This document shows positions 1 to 10,674 of a DNA stretch of 64,000 nt, piece after piece. The first letter of the stretch is position 1. The number at the start of each line of letters is the position of its first letter. The position numbers and the translations under genes are program-made. The DNA comes from Terriglobia bacterium. GTDB lineage: Bacteria; Acidobacteriota; Terriglobia; JAJPHL01; JAPKYU01. A model generated the notes under the pieces. The model ran no database searches, was not told the DNA's origin, and was given only the letters and a program-made list of their open reading frames with translations. The DNA lies in contig CBDCVK010000002.1 in the NCBI GenBank assembly GCA_965223005.1, positions 224,001 to 288,000 on the forward strand. Direction: 5' to 3'.

Positions 1-214
1 CATTGAGGTCGACACGAGCACGGGCTGTATCGGTAACCGCGTCTACACAGACCTCGGGGAAGACGAGCTTTACGTAGCGGATCCTGGGAATGACTTGGCC
101 AGGGTTGCCGATGAGGTCAAAAACGATCGCGGCGGCTAACGCCAAGTTGTCGGAATACCACCGCGAACGGCGGAAGGCGCAGCGCCCTGAGGCTCCTTCT
201 CTGACGTCGGCGGT

Positions 215-309
215 CACTTGGACGTATAGTCGGCTATCCGGACAAGTGACCCTCTACGCCCGCCAGGGTAGTAAGTCAGTTTCCGATAAACGCGTTATAC
301 GTCCAAGTG
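215..309 (+). repeat. Paired 34-bp palindromic recombination-like sites (95-bp element, loop type 1), copy 1
   Basis: Site A CACTTGGACGTATA-GTCGGC-TATCCGGACAAGTG at 215-248; inverted site B ends TATACGTCCAAGTG at 296-309, giving a perfect 14-bp terminal inverted repeat. Recurs elsewhere in the window. Confidence 0.85.
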
Positions 310-440
310 GGCGGCGTGGCAGCATAGGCAAACAATAACCGACCACTTGACGCTGCTACGGAGCCTGACAGATTGACGAATCAATTCGTTGCCAGGTGCG
401 GTATCATGGTCCCCATGCAGCCATGTTCACGAGAGGATTC

Positions 441-1406
441 ATGAATCGCAGAACTTTTGTGGGTAGCGCGCTGGCGAGCGTCGCCGCCCTCGGGACTTCC
501 GCTCGGGCGAGCAAGCTCAAAGCGGGCGACATTCCGACCAGGGTCTTCGGCAAAACCGGCGAAAAGCTCACCATCGTCGGCCAGGCCGGCTCCCGTTTCC
601 CCCTGATCTCGTTCGAGGAGGCCAAGCAAGTTACTCTGCGCGCCTACGAGTTGGGCATCAACTACTTCGATACCGCGCACGGCTATTGGGACGGCCGCTC
701 GGAAGAAGTTTATGGGGCGGTCATGCCGCCGTTCCGCAAAGAAATCTTCATCACCACGAAGTCAAAAAAGCGCACGCGCAAAGAAGCCGAGGAAGAGCTG
801 CACCTCTCGCTCAAGCGTCTCAAGACCGACTACGTGGATCTCTGGCAGATTCACTCGGTCAATAGCGACGAAGACTTGCAGAAGATCTTCGCTCCGGGCG
901 GCGCCATCGAGGCGTTCGAGGAGGCGAAGAAGGCCGGCAAGTGCCGCTTTATCGGATTCACCGGCCACCACGATCCCGATGCGCACCTGGAGATGCTGCG
1001 GAGTTACAAGAACTTCGACACGATCTTGATGCCGCTCCACCCGGCCGACCCCTCGTACCTCAGCTTCGAGACCAAAGTCCTGCCCGAGTCGATCAAGCAG
1101 GGTCTGGGCATCCAGGCAATGAAGTGCACGGCGAATGCCAAGCTGTTGCAGACTATGAGCCTGAACGATTGTCTGGCCTACGTGCTGAGCCTGCCGATCC
1201 ACTGTGCGACTTTGGGCGCGACAACCGTTGGTCAGATCGAAGACGACGTGCGCTTTGCTCAGCGGTTCAAGCCCATCGGCGATACCCAGATGAGCGCGCT
1301 GCGCAAGCGCGCCGAGCCGATCGCCGGCCCGCATCTGGAAACCTGGAAGCGTAATATCAAGACTGCGGACTACCGGCCGCCGCGCCCCGTCTATCAGGGC
1401 GACTAG
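441..1406 (+). CDS. Aldo/keto reductase with Tat-like signal peptide
   Basis: NRRTF twin-arginine-like start after GAGAGGA RBS; AKR motifs GINYFDTAHGY and SLKRLKTDYVDLWQIH. Confidence 0.85.
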   Translation: MNRRTFVGSALASVAALGTSARASKLKAGDIPTRVFGKTGEKLTIVGQAGSRFPLISFEEAKQVTLRAYELGINYFDTAHGYWDGRSEEVYGAVMPPFRKEIFITTKSKKRTRKEAEEELHLSLKRLKTDYVDLWQIHSVNSDEDLQKIFAPGGAIEAFEEAKKAGKCRFIGFTGHHDPDAHLEMLRSYKNFDTILMPLHPADPSYLSFETKVLPESIKQGLGIQAMKCTANAKLLQTMSLNDCLAYVLSLPIHCATLGATTVGQIEDDVRFAQRFKPIGDTQMSALRKRAEPIAGPHLETWKRNIKTADYRPPRPVYQGD

Positions 1407-1677
1407 CGGCAGCTGCGGACCTGCGCGGGCTTGTTTGCGTGGATCGCTTTCGAATTGAGTCAGATCATGAAGCCGCATCCCAAAAGGGTGCGGCTTTTCG
1501 CTTCTGAGGATGAACAGAGAGCAGAAAGATCCGACCAGCAGGAATCAGCCCAGCTAGACAACCTGTTTGATCAGTTGGCTGTGCACCTGAGCCACAGTCG
1601 CGGCCGCCTGGGCGGGCAATTCTGGGAAATGCCGGATAGGTCGCCACTAGCGGGCTAGCGTTTATCAATCCCGGTTT

Positions 1678-1781
1678 CACTTGGACGTATAGTCGGCAAA
1701 TCGGACAAGTGCCTACCTTGGGGCAGCGTCACTGCGTGATACGAGGGCACTTGTCCGGTTAGCGCGTTATACGTCCAAGTG
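1678..1781 (+). repeat. Paired 34-bp sites (104-bp element, loop type 2), copy 2
   Basis: CACTTGGACGTATA-GTCGGC-AAATCGGACAAGTG (1678-1711) and CACTTGTCCGGTTA-GCGCGT-TATACGTCCAAGTG (1748-1781). Confidence 0.85.
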
Positions 1782-1952
1782 GCGCACCGCTGAGCGGGTG
1801 GGGGTATGATCATTTCCGAGTGCGCCGTGACACGACCGGAATCATCGAAACTGGCGATGCGGCTGGTTCACCCTGCGTGCCACCCACCGGCTGATCGCTC
1901 CGCATGCGGAGAAACTTGGCTTCCGGGTGCTCTGCCAGGGAGCTGATTCGGT

Positions 1953-2000
1953 TAATACTGCTGCCTTCGCGTGATCGAGATCTGGGAGCCGAAGGACTTT
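1953..2000 (-). pseudogene. Remnant of tyrosine recombinase N-terminus
   Basis: Encodes KVLRLPDLDHAKAAVL, nearly the same as KLGLPDLDQAKAAVL of the recombinase fragment at 26934. Confidence 0.65.
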
Positions 2001-2062
2001 GGTGTTTTTCCAAGAATCGTTTAGAATCGGCACAGCAAGCTAGCATTCGGGGTAGGTATGCT

Positions 2063-5000
2063 ATGTTCATTCGTCCTTCGTGTCTTGTAATTCCGATTCT
2101 CTTTCTTGCGGCAACGGCTTCTTCGCCTGTGCCGGTTTCGGAATCGTCGCGTACCATTGATTTTCAGCGGGACGTTCGTCCCGTCCTCTCCGATAATTGT
2201 TTTCAGTGCCACGGCCCGGACAAGGGCACTCGCATGGCTGAGCTTCGGCTCGATACCCAGGATGGCGCCTTCGCCAAGCGGGCGAACGGAACAACGATCG
2301 TCCCAGGGGATCCGGAGGCAAGCCTGCTTTACAAGCGCATCACTCACGAGAACGAGAGGATGCGGATGCCGCCGGCTTATTCCAAGAAGGAACTGGCGAA
2401 AGAGCAGATTGGCGTACTACGGAGGTGGATCGAGGAGGGCGCTTCGTGGGACCAGCACTGGTCCTTCAAAGCGATCAAGCGGCCCAAACCTCCCGCAGTG
2501 AAGAACGAGGCCTGGGTCCGCAGCCCGCTCGACCGGTTTGTTCTCGCCCGGCTCCAGAAGGAAGGTCTTGCGCCTGCTCCCGAAGCCGACAAACGCACCC
2601 TAGCCCGCCGTGTGGCGCTGGATTTAACGGGATTGCCTCCCGACCACGGCACCCTCGAAAGCTTCTTGAGCGACACCTCGGAACAAGCTTATGAAAAACT
2701 GGTCGACCGGCTGCTAGACTCGAAGCACTGGGGCGAACACCGCGCCCGCTATTGGCTGGACGCAGCGCGTTACGGAGACACCCACGGTATTCACGTCGAC
2801 AACTATCGCGAGATGTGGCCCTACCGCGACTGGGTGATCCGGGCTTTCAACGACAACAAACCGTTCGACGAATTTACGGTCGAACAGATCGCCGGCGACT
2901 TGCTGCCCAACCCGACGCTCGATCAACTGGTTGCCACCGGTTTTCATCGCTGCAATATCACGACGAACGAAGGCGGTGTCATCCCTGAGGAATACGAAGC
3001 TGTCTACGCCAAGGACCGAGCCGATACTACGGGCACCGTCTTTCTCGGTCTTACGGTCGGGTGCGCCACTTGCCACGATCACAAGTTCGACCCGATTCGA
3101 CAGCGCGAGTTCTATTCCCTGACGGCGTTTTTTAGGAACACGACGCAGTATGTGATGGACGGCAATATATCGGATCCGCCGCCCATCCTGGTTGTCCCCA
3201 GCGACAAAGACCGCGGCCGCTGGCATGAGCTCCGCCGGGAAGCGGCGGAAACCGAAGCGAAGATCAAAAACCGCACCGCGTCGGTCGACGAAGCGTTCGC
3301 GGAATGGCTTGCGAGCAAGGAACATCGTTCCCTGCAGACCCCGCTCGAAGAGTCCGCGGAGCTGCTGACGCTGAACCTTGACGATGAACCCGCGATCGAC
3401 ATGGGCGGAAGGCGGAAGAAAATTGCACTTCATCAGGGAGCCGTGGTCGATGAAGGGCCGAACAAAAACCAGCCGGCGCTGCGGTTCGGGAAGGAATCGT
3501 GGGCGGAGCTTCCTCCCTTGAAGCTTGACAGTGACACACCCTTTTCTATTGCGATGTGGGTTTACCAACCCAAGGTCGTAGGGGCCTTCGTGGTTGCCGG
3601 TCAGTACGATCCCGACGACGATTCCCGCGGATGGTCGATTGGCGTCGACGCTCGGCAAGTCACCTTTAGAATGACCGGCGAAAGGCCGGCGGGGCAAGAA
3701 AATCCGTCCGAAGTCACCGTTGTGCCCATCATCACGAAGCGGATGCCCGCGGGTGTGTGGACCCACATTACGGTAACCCACGACGGCTCCGGCGAGCGGG
3801 CCGGCCTGCGTATCTACACGAACGGTGATGTCGTAGAGGAGCAGGGCAGCGAGTTTTTCACGAAGGTGGAGGGGAGTATCCAGACCAACCGGCCTCTCTA
3901 TTTGGGCAGAGGAGTCACGAAGGGCAGAGGCGACCGCGACGAGCCCGAAGTCCGCTACTTCTCGGGCGGGGGCATAGCGGATCTTCGAGTCTTTAGTCGC
4001 CCGATCACGGTCCAGGAGGCCAAGGTTGTTTCGTTGTGGTCCGTGCTCCAAAGCGCGCGGGATAAGGAACCTGAAGAACTAAGCTCCGACGAGCGGGAAG
4101 CGCTGCGTCTCTACTACCTCAGCGTCAAGGACCAAGATTACCGCGAGCTCGTGGCGCGCAAGCAAGAGATCGATCGGGAGTGGCGGGAGGTCCGGCGGCG
4201 CGGGGGTGTCACACACGTGATGCGGGAGATACCGGACAAGGAGCCCGAGGCTCACGTTCTCTACCGCGGCCTGTATGACCAACCTCGGGAGCGTGTTACG
4301 GCAAACACTCCCTCGGCGTTACATCCAATGCCTGCGTCGTGGCCGCGCAACCGCATGGGGCTGGCTAAGTGGTTGGTCGACGAGGCGAACCCGCTGACAA
4401 GCCGTGTGATCGTGAACCGTTACTGGCAGGAAGTCTTCGGTGCCGGCCTGGTAAAGACCAGCGACGATTTTGGCTCGCAAGGGGAGTCGCCGTCTCACCC
4501 TGAGTTGCTCGATTGGCTGGTAGTCGAGTTCCGCGAATCGGGCTGGGACATCAAGCAGTTCTTCCGCACGCTCGTGACGTCCTCCACGTACCGCCAGTCC
4601 GCCCAAACGACGGCGGAAAAGCTCGATAAGGACCCGGAGAATCGGCTGCTCTCGCGCGGGCTCAGCTTCCGCATGGACGCTGAAATGATCCGCGATTACG
4701 CCCTGGCGGCGAGCGGCCTGCTGGTCCGCAAGATCGGCGGCCCGAGTGTGAAGCCCTATCAACCGGAAGGAGTCTGGAAAAGGGTGGCAATCACCATGAG
4801 CAACACCAGCTCCTACAAACAAGACTCCGGCGCCAAACTCTATCGGCGCAGTCTTTATACCTTCTGGAAGCGCTCCGCGCCGCCAGCCTCCATGGAGGTT
4901 TTCAATGCGCCGACACGGGAGCACACCACGGTGCGCCGCGAGCGAACCAACACGCCGCTGCAAGCGCTCGTCACGATGAACGATACACAATTCGTCGAAG

Positions 5001-5296
5001 CGTCACGCTATCTCGCACAGAAAGCCATGCGCGAGGCCGGAGATGACTTCGACCGGCGGCTGGATTACGTGACGACCCGCCTTCTTGCACGTGACTTCAG
5101 TCAAAACGAACGCGCGGTTGCGAAGCGGTCCTACAACAAATTCATCGGTTTTTACGGTTCAAACGCCGCAGAGGCAAAGAAGCTTCTTGCTGCCGGCGAG
5201 TCACCGCCCGATGAGGCGCTGTCCGTGACGGAGTCTGCAGCGTGGACCTTTCTGGCGAGCCAGATAATGAATTTGGACGAGGTGTTAAACAAGTAG
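2063..5296 (+). CDS. Planctomycete cytochrome c / DUF1549 / LamG-like / DUF1553 (PSD1) protein
   Basis: CFQCHG and CATCHDHKFDP heme-type motifs, WGEHRARYWLDAARYGDT, central LamG-like segment, NTPLQAL; start placed at signal peptide MFIRPS. Confidence 0.88.
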   Translation: MFIRPSCLVIPILFLAATASSPVPVSESSRTIDFQRDVRPVLSDNCFQCHGPDKGTRMAELRLDTQDGAFAKRANGTTIVPGDPEASLLYKRITHENERMRMPPAYSKKELAKEQIGVLRRWIEEGASWDQHWSFKAIKRPKPPAVKNEAWVRSPLDRFVLARLQKEGLAPAPEADKRTLARRVALDLTGLPPDHGTLESFLSDTSEQAYEKLVDRLLDSKHWGEHRARYWLDAARYGDTHGIHVDNYREMWPYRDWVIRAFNDNKPFDEFTVEQIAGDLLPNPTLDQLVATGFHRCNITTNEGGVIPEEYEAVYAKDRADTTGTVFLGLTVGCATCHDHKFDPIRQREFYSLTAFFRNTTQYVMDGNISDPPPILVVPSDKDRGRWHELRREAAETEAKIKNRTASVDEAFAEWLASKEHRSLQTPLEESAELLTLNLDDEPAIDMGGRRKKIALHQGAVVDEGPNKNQPALRFGKESWAELPPLKLDSDTPFSIAMWVYQPKVVGAFVVAGQYDPDDDSRGWSIGVDARQVTFRMTGERPAGQENPSEVTVVPIITKRMPAGVWTHITVTHDGSGERAGLRIYTNGDVVEEQGSEFFTKVEGSIQTNRPLYLGRGVTKGRGDRDEPEVRYFSGGGIADLRVFSRPITVQEAKVVSLWSVLQSARDKEPEELSSDEREALRLYYLSVKDQDYRELVARKQEIDREWREVRRRGGVTHVMREIPDKEPEAHVLYRGLYDQPRERVTANTPSALHPMPASWPRNRMGLAKWLVDEANPLTSRVIVNRYWQEVFGAGLVKTSDDFGSQGESPSHPELLDWLVVEFRESGWDIKQFFRTLVTSSTYRQSAQTTAEKLDKDPENRLLSRGLSFRMDAEMIRDYALAASGLLVRKIGGPSVKPYQPEGVWKRVAITMSNTSSYKQDSGAKLYRRSLYTFWKRSAPPASMEVFNAPTREHTTVRRERTNTPLQALVTMNDTQFVEASRYLAQKAMREAGDDFDRRLDYVTTRLLARDFSQNERAVAKRSYNKFIGFYGSNAAEAKKLLAAGESPPDEALSVTESAAWTFLASQIMNLDEVLNK

Positions 5297-5390
5297 AATC
5301 AGGGCGGCTGACCCGGCGCACGCCTGTCGTGTGCCCCATCCGGCTTCCGCGCCTGACGTTCGGCTTTACTCGCTCAGGGAGATTTTGAAA

Positions 5391-6857
5391 ATGCATCCAT
5401 ACAAAGAAGCAGTCCTGGCGGAAACCAGACGGCAGTTCTTCGCCCGAGGCGCCAAGGGTATCGGCGGAATCGCCTTGGCCAGCCTTCTGGCCGAGAACAG
5501 CTTCGGTGCACCCGGAAGTGACGAATCATTTGGCGGTTTGCCGCACTTGCCTCACTTCGCCCCGAGAGCGAAACGGTGTATCTACCTCCACATGATGGGT
5601 GCGCCGCCGCAGATGGATCTGCTCGACTACAAGCCCAAGATGAAGGACTGGTACGACAAGGATCTTCCGGAATCGGTGCGCCGGGGGCAGCGTCTGACGA
5701 CCATGACATCCGGACAGGCGCGCTTCCCGATCGCACCTTCTGTCTTTCAATTCAAGCAGCACGGCCAAAGCGGCACGTGGATTTCCGAGCTTTTGCCCCA
5801 CACCGCAAAGATGGTCGACGACATGGCCGTTATCCGCTCGATGCACACCGAAGCAATCAACCACGAACCTGCGATCACCTTCATCCAAACCGGTCGGCAG
5901 GTCGTTGGGCGGCCGTGCATCGGATCCTGGATTTCCTATGGGCTCGGTAGTATGAACCGCGACTTGCCCACGTTCGTCGTGATGAACGCCGAGAAGAGCC
6001 ACCCCAAGGCAGGTGTGCAAGCGATCTCGGCAAAAATGTGGAGCTCAGGGTTCCTTTCTCCGAAGTACGCCGGCGTAGGTCTCCGCGGAGGCGCAGAGCC
6101 GGTGCTGTACATCAAGGATCCGGATGGGGTTTCCAGGGATCTCCGGCGGCAGATGCTCGACGGCCTCAGCGAGCTGAATCAGCTCCGGCACCAGAAGATC
6201 GGCAACCCCGAAACACTGGCACGAATCGAGCAGTTCGAAATGGCCTTCCGGATGCAGTCGTCGGTGCCGGAGATGGGTGACCTCTCGAGTGAGCCGGAAA
6301 GCACCTTCAAACGCTGGGGCGAAGAAGCGAGGCAGCCCGGCAAGTTTCAAAACGCGGCGCTGATGGCGCGGCGGCTCGTCGAGCGCGGTGTGCGGTTTGT
6401 CCAGATCTATCACCGCGGCTGGGACGTACACTCCTTCGCGCCCGAAGTGCTCCCTGCGCAGGCCGCAGACGTCGACCGCGCTGCCTGGGCCCTAATCCAA
6501 GATCTGAAGGAGCGCGGCCTCTTCGAAGACACGCTCGTCATTTGGGGCGGCGAGTTCGGGCGGACAATCTACTCCCAGGGCAAACTGACGCCGACCGATT
6601 ACGGCCGCGACCACCATCCGCGCTGCTACAGCCTATGGATGGCCGGCGGCGGCATCAAAGGCGGCGTCGTTCACGGCGAAACGGACGACTTCTCCTACAA
6701 CATCGCCAAAGACCCGGTCCACATCCGGGATTTCCAAGCGACGATCCTGCACCTGTTTGGCATCGACCACGACCGCTTCACCCACAAGCACCAAGGACTG
6801 GACGCCAAGCTGACAGGTGTCGAACCAGCGCACGTGGTGAAAGAAGTCCTGGCGTAA
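5391..6857 (+). CDS. DUF1501 domain protein
   Basis: TRRQFF Tat-like motif, ARRLVERGVRFVQ, GWDVH, GEFGRT, GRDHH; typical partner of the PSD1 gene. Confidence 0.92.
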   Translation: MHPYKEAVLAETRRQFFARGAKGIGGIALASLLAENSFGAPGSDESFGGLPHLPHFAPRAKRCIYLHMMGAPPQMDLLDYKPKMKDWYDKDLPESVRRGQRLTTMTSGQARFPIAPSVFQFKQHGQSGTWISELLPHTAKMVDDMAVIRSMHTEAINHEPAITFIQTGRQVVGRPCIGSWISYGLGSMNRDLPTFVVMNAEKSHPKAGVQAISAKMWSSGFLSPKYAGVGLRGGAEPVLYIKDPDGVSRDLRRQMLDGLSELNQLRHQKIGNPETLARIEQFEMAFRMQSSVPEMGDLSSEPESTFKRWGEEARQPGKFQNAALMARRLVERGVRFVQIYHRGWDVHSFAPEVLPAQAADVDRAAWALIQDLKERGLFEDTLVIWGGEFGRTIYSQGKLTPTDYGRDHHPRCYSLWMAGGGIKGGVVHGETDDFSYNIAKDPVHIRDFQATILHLFGIDHDRFTHKHQGLDAKLTGVEPAHVVKEVLA

Positions 6858-7049
6858 AGCACTTGGTTTGAGTTGCAAATTCGCGTTCGCATACTGCGCG
6901 ATTCTGCGGAAAGGTTAAGCTGCGTTCACGCGGCTTTGTCTTCACTAGGCCAGCCGTTTTACGGCTGGTATTGTTCCGAGTTGCCGCAAGCGGCAGAAAC
7001 TAACGAAGTCTGGTAGATGTCTCGCCGGCGTGGTCACCCTCAGGCGACC

Positions 7050-7132
7050 ACATTGCCTTCCACGAAGACGTACTTGAATGTCGTCGAGAACTGGTTCGAA
7101 AAGTTCGGGGACCAGCAGGGTGGGGCGCAATA
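7050..7132 (+). pseudogene. Possible C-terminal remnant of a PD40-repeat Ser/Thr kinase
   Basis: Ends LNVVENWFEKFGDQQGGAQ*, resembling the LNVVLNWFEEL tail common in acidobacterial kinases; no upstream body. Confidence 0.3.
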
Positions 7133-7513
7133 ACAGCCCACATTCCTGTTGAATCCCTCTCCCACAGCAGACCCGGTTCGAGAGCGAGCAATCCACTCAT
7201 CTACAGGTCCATACGGTCGTCGAAGTCGCAAGATCCCGGTAAGTCGGCAAAGCGGACAAGTGGTCCGTCGGGTTCAGGTCCCCCGAAACGGGCACTCCTC
7301 AACGATTGACGCGCACTCTCCAGAAAACACGCCACTCCGGTCCCTTCTGTGCTTGTCTGGGCTTGGCCCAATCGGCTGCAAGGGCCAACAATACCGGACC
7401 GGATAGATTGCCCCTAACCCCCAGTTCTTTCCGGTCCGGCTGCCAACTCCCGAATAGTCGCCAACTAAGAAACTATCGCAGCGCTTTGCCGCTCCTCGTC
7501 TGACGTCGGCGGG

Positions 7514-7570
7514 CACTTGGACGTATAGTCGGCTATCCGGACAAGTGCCAACCTGGAGGCAGCGTCACTC
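7514..7570 (+). repeat. 34-bp site A plus partial type-2 loop, copy 3
   Basis: Exact CACTTGGACGTATAGTCGGCTATCCGGACAAGTG at 7514-7547; an extra half-site GTCGGCAAAGCGGACAAGTG lies at 7243-7262. Confidence 0.85.
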
Positions 7571-7662
7571 TAATAGCTGAGAGCAGATAGGTCCCGCCTT
7601 GTCGCCGTCCGACAAGAGACTCGCCGCTCGCCACAGCATGTGACGACCTGCACCTTTGGGTG

Positions 7663-7700
7663 ATTTCCGATTTCTGAGTTGTAGCGGGGGCTGGTACCAT
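7663..7700 (+). repeat. Third repeat family (TTCCGA..GGGCTGGTACCAT), partial copy
   Basis: Matches the 5' half of the 76-bp repeats at 8611 and 13544. Confidence 0.55.
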
Positions 7701-7770
7701 AGCAGCTAGGAACTACGGCGTATCTGGCATTGGAAAATCAATGTCTCAAACAGACAAAGGAGGTACCGGC

Positions 7771-8559
7771 ATGAGGCGTAATAAACTGAGGGACCTTCTG
7801 AACGCCGGCCAGCCCACCATCGGCACTCACCTTCACAGTTCCTGGCCATCCGTTGTGGAAGTCGTCGGACATACCGGCATGTTTGACTACGTTGAATTCG
7901 TTTCCGAATACGGGCCGTTTGACTTATATGCGCTAGACAACTTTTGCCGGGCAGTGGAGTTATTCGATTTGTCGGCGATGATCAAAGTTGATCAGGAACC
8001 GCGACGCTTCCTGGCCCAGAGAGCCATCGGCGCTGGCTTTCAGAGTGTTCTTTTTGCGGACTGCCGCACCGTCGACGACGCCCGCGAATGCGTGAGGGCT
8101 GTGCGCCCCGAGACACCGGAGTCAGGCGGTCTTCACGGCGTCGCGCTGCGCCGAAGCACCTACATGTTGCATGCTGGGATGCCCGAGTACGTCCGGGCGT
8201 TGAATGAAGTCGTCGTAGCCCTAATGATCGAAAAGAAATCGGCAGTGGAGCAACTGGAGGAAATCGTCTCGTTGGGCGAGATTGATATGGTTCAGTGGGG
8301 ACCGGCAGATTACTCAATGAGCATTGGCCAGCCCGGGGCCTGGGATTCCCCGGAAGTCAGGGCCGTTGAACGCAGGGTCATCGAGACTTGCTTGAAGAAG
8401 GGCATACCGCCACGTGCCGAGATCGACACCCTGGACAAGGCCAAGTATTACCTGGACATGGGCGTGCGCCACTTTTGCCTCGGTACAGACATCATGATTC
8501 TCCACGGGTGGCTGAAGGAAAATGGTGAAAGCTTACGGAATGCTATTTCTGACTCATAG
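7771..8559 (+). CDS. HpcH/HpaI aldolase family protein
   Basis: GGAGG RBS; motifs MIEKKSAVEQLEEI and QWGPADYSMSIG. Confidence 0.85.
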   Translation: MRRNKLRDLLNAGQPTIGTHLHSSWPSVVEVVGHTGMFDYVEFVSEYGPFDLYALDNFCRAVELFDLSAMIKVDQEPRRFLAQRAIGAGFQSVLFADCRTVDDARECVRAVRPETPESGGLHGVALRRSTYMLHAGMPEYVRALNEVVVALMIEKKSAVEQLEEIVSLGEIDMVQWGPADYSMSIGQPGAWDSPEVRAVERRVIETCLKKGIPPRAEIDTLDKAKYYLDMGVRHFCLGTDIMILHGWLKENGESLRNAISDS

Positions 8560-8610
8560 TCCAGCCGCCTCAGTGGGTGTGGCGGGCGCCACATAACGTC
8601 ACTATGTGTC

Positions 8611-8686
8611 ATTCCGAATTACCGAGTGGCGGCGGGGGCTGGTACCATCACCCGCCCGCGCTCGGCCCCAGGGCAGAAGCCTCGCA
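8611..8686 (+). repeat. Third repeat family, 76-bp copy
   Basis: ATTCCGAATT..GGGCTGGTACCATCA..GAAGCCTCGCA, colinear with 13544-13619. Confidence 0.65.
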
Positions 8687-8756
8687 AACCCACCCAAGCA
8701 GCACCATACCCCGCTCTTGCCACAATTACGTGTGTGTTGGGGTTTCTGAAGTTTCC

Positions 8757-9428
8757 CTATCGGCTCCGGCGGGAGTGCCCGCGCTGAAGGATCGTCAAAT
8801 GAACGCGAGCGACGATGTGCATGTAGCCCCCTGCCGTCGCGTACCGATCTGCGGCAGCGGCCCTGATGTGAGCGAGCGCGTCGGCTTTTCGCCCGAGCGC
8901 ATCGAAATGCAAACCGACATACAGGTGGGCGTAGAACTTCGATTGGCCGCCGGCGCCGGCCATGGCCAACACCTTGTCGGGGCTGATCGCGCCTTGGAAC
9001 ATCTGGTAGACCTCGCGCATCGGAACGCGCGCGTCGGGTCCCACTGGCAGAAGGGCCGCCCTCGCCTTCTCGACCGATTCCGCACGCGTCACGCAGAGAA
9101 AGTGCCAGGCCGCGTTTTCCACGTCGTTCGGGTTCACGGCGCGGTGGGATTCAAACTGCGCGCGACAGTCACGGTAGCGACCTGCGTAGTACAGAGCGAT
9201 GCCGCGCTGCCAGAGATAGGGCGCCTTATCAGGCACAAGCTTGGCCACATTGTCGAACTCGGCGACCGACTCCGCTACGCGGCCGCCCTGGAAATGGGCA
9301 ATGGCACGATCGAGGGCACGTTCCGCCGCCGACTGTGCGTTGGCCGCGGCGGCGAACGCGAACATCGCCGACAGGGTGAGAATTTGGCGCATCCGGGCCG
9401 GGGTCGACGACCGGATGACGGCCGACAT
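8757..9428 (-). CDS. TPR-containing protein (NlpI-like)
   Basis: WQRGIALYYAG, NPNDVENAAWHFLC, FYAHLYVGL; signal peptide present. Confidence 0.75.
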   Translation of the reverse strand: MSAVIRSSTPARMRQILTLSAMFAFAAAANAQSAAERALDRAIAHFQGGRVAESVAEFDNVAKLVPDKAPYLWQRGIALYYAGRYRDCRAQFESHRAVNPNDVENAAWHFLCVTRAESVEKARAALLPVGPDARVPMREVYQMFQGAISPDKVLAMAGAGGQSKFYAHLYVGLHFDALGRKADALAHIRAAAADRYATAGGYMHIVARVHLTILQRGHSRRSR

Positions 9429-9441
9429 TTTGGCCTTCGCG

Positions 9442-10674
9442 TCAGCGGCGGAGATCGAGACACACGAGGGTGTTTTCGTTTCGCACATACAGGAATCCGT
9501 CGGCGATCGCCGGGTAGGCCCGGACGGTCGGCGGAAGGATCTGGGCGCGTACCAGCGGCCGGAAGGCATCGGGCGACGCTGTGGCCATCACCAGCTCGCC
9601 GCTTTCGCGCAGGATTAGCAATCGATTGCCGACGAGCGTGACTGTGCCGGCACGGAACCGATCCTCACTCCAGCGAACCTTGCCCGTCGCCAGCTCGACC
9701 GCGCGGAAACTCGGGCCGAACTCCTGACGTCCGTGAAACCCGTACAAATGTCCGTGTTGGTACGCACTCGTGGCGTAGTGATTCGAGAGCGCCTCGTCGG
9801 ATGCCCATAGGTCGATAAGCTTCGAACCGTCCACGCGCAGCACCGCCGCGCCCGGTCCGTACTCGGCCGACACGAAGATCAGGTCCCCGATTACCAGCGG
9901 CGTCGCGACGTTGACCGACGACGCCTGCCGCGCCCGCCACGCTCGCCGAAACTGCACCGTCCCTGTCGCCGGATCGAGGCCGACGAGACCGTTGCGCGTG
10001 AGGAAGATCGCAGATCGGCGGCCGACAATCGTCGCGCCGGTCGCCGACGAATAGCTCGCCTCATCGTCGGTGGCCGTCCAGAGCACTTTGCCGTTTTTCA
10101 CGTCGAACGCGACGATGCCGGCCCTTCGGCCGCCGATGTTGGCCAGAAGCCTTCCATCCTCGACCAGCGGCGAACCTGCGGCACCGAAATAGCCTTTCGG
10201 CACGCTAAACCGCGCCCTGGTGTCTTCGCTCCAGATCCGCTTGCCGTCCGCGAGGCCGATCGCGTGAAGCTGCCCCTCTGCTCCGAACGTGTATATGACG
10301 TCATCCACGACGACGGGCACCGCCCGCGGCCCTTCGTCGAACCCGAAATCGTCGCGATACGAGGTGGGATAAGAATACCGCCACTGGCTCGCCCCGGTGC
10401 GCGCGTCGAGGGCCTCAACCACTTCGCTGTCGGATACCCGATGAAACAGGATCACTCGGCCTTGAACGACAACCGGGCCGCTCAACCCGGCGCCGATGGA
10501 CTTGCGCCAAACCTCACGCGGGCCGCTCGCACCCCAGGTCTCCGCGAGCGCCGGGCCCCGTGAGACGCCGTTGCGCTCTGGGCCGAGGAACTGCGGCCAG
10601 TCCTCAGCAGCCGTTTGGATCGCGATAGCGAACCCGACGACGACCGATAACATCAGTTGATGTCGAATAGACAT
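9442..10674 (-). CDS. PQQ-like beta-propeller repeat protein (BamB-like)
   Basis: DWPQFLGPERNG N-terminal motif; repeated ALD..TG..W tryptophan-docking motifs. Confidence 0.88.
   Translation of the reverse strand: MSIRHQLMLSVVVGFAIAIQTAAEDWPQFLGPERNGVSRGPALAETWGASGPREVWRKSIGAGLSGPVVVQGRVILFHRVSDSEVVEALDARTGASQWRYSYPTSYRDDFGFDEGPRAVPVVVDDVIYTFGAEGQLHAIGLADGKRIWSEDTRARFSVPKGYFGAAGSPLVEDGRLLANIGGRRAGIVAFDVKNGKVLWTATDDEASYSSATGATIVGRRSAIFLTRNGLVGLDPATGTVQFRRAWRARQASSVNVATPLVIGDLIFVSAEYGPGAAVLRVDGSKLIDLWASDEALSNHYATSAYQHGHLYGFHGRQEFGPSFRAVELATGKVRWSEDRFRAGTVTLVGNRLLILRESGELVMATASPDAFRPLVRAQILPPTVRAYPAIADGFLYVRNENTLVCLDLRR

Noticed and set aside
215-1781. Canonical integron attC or Xer dif/pdif calls
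   Set aside because: The left box is GTATAGT rather than RYYYAAC, there is no clear extrahelical base and no IntI. The arms do not match the XerD arm TTATGTTAAAT, and the ATAA-TTAT spacing is 5 rather than 6. Kept only as analogies.
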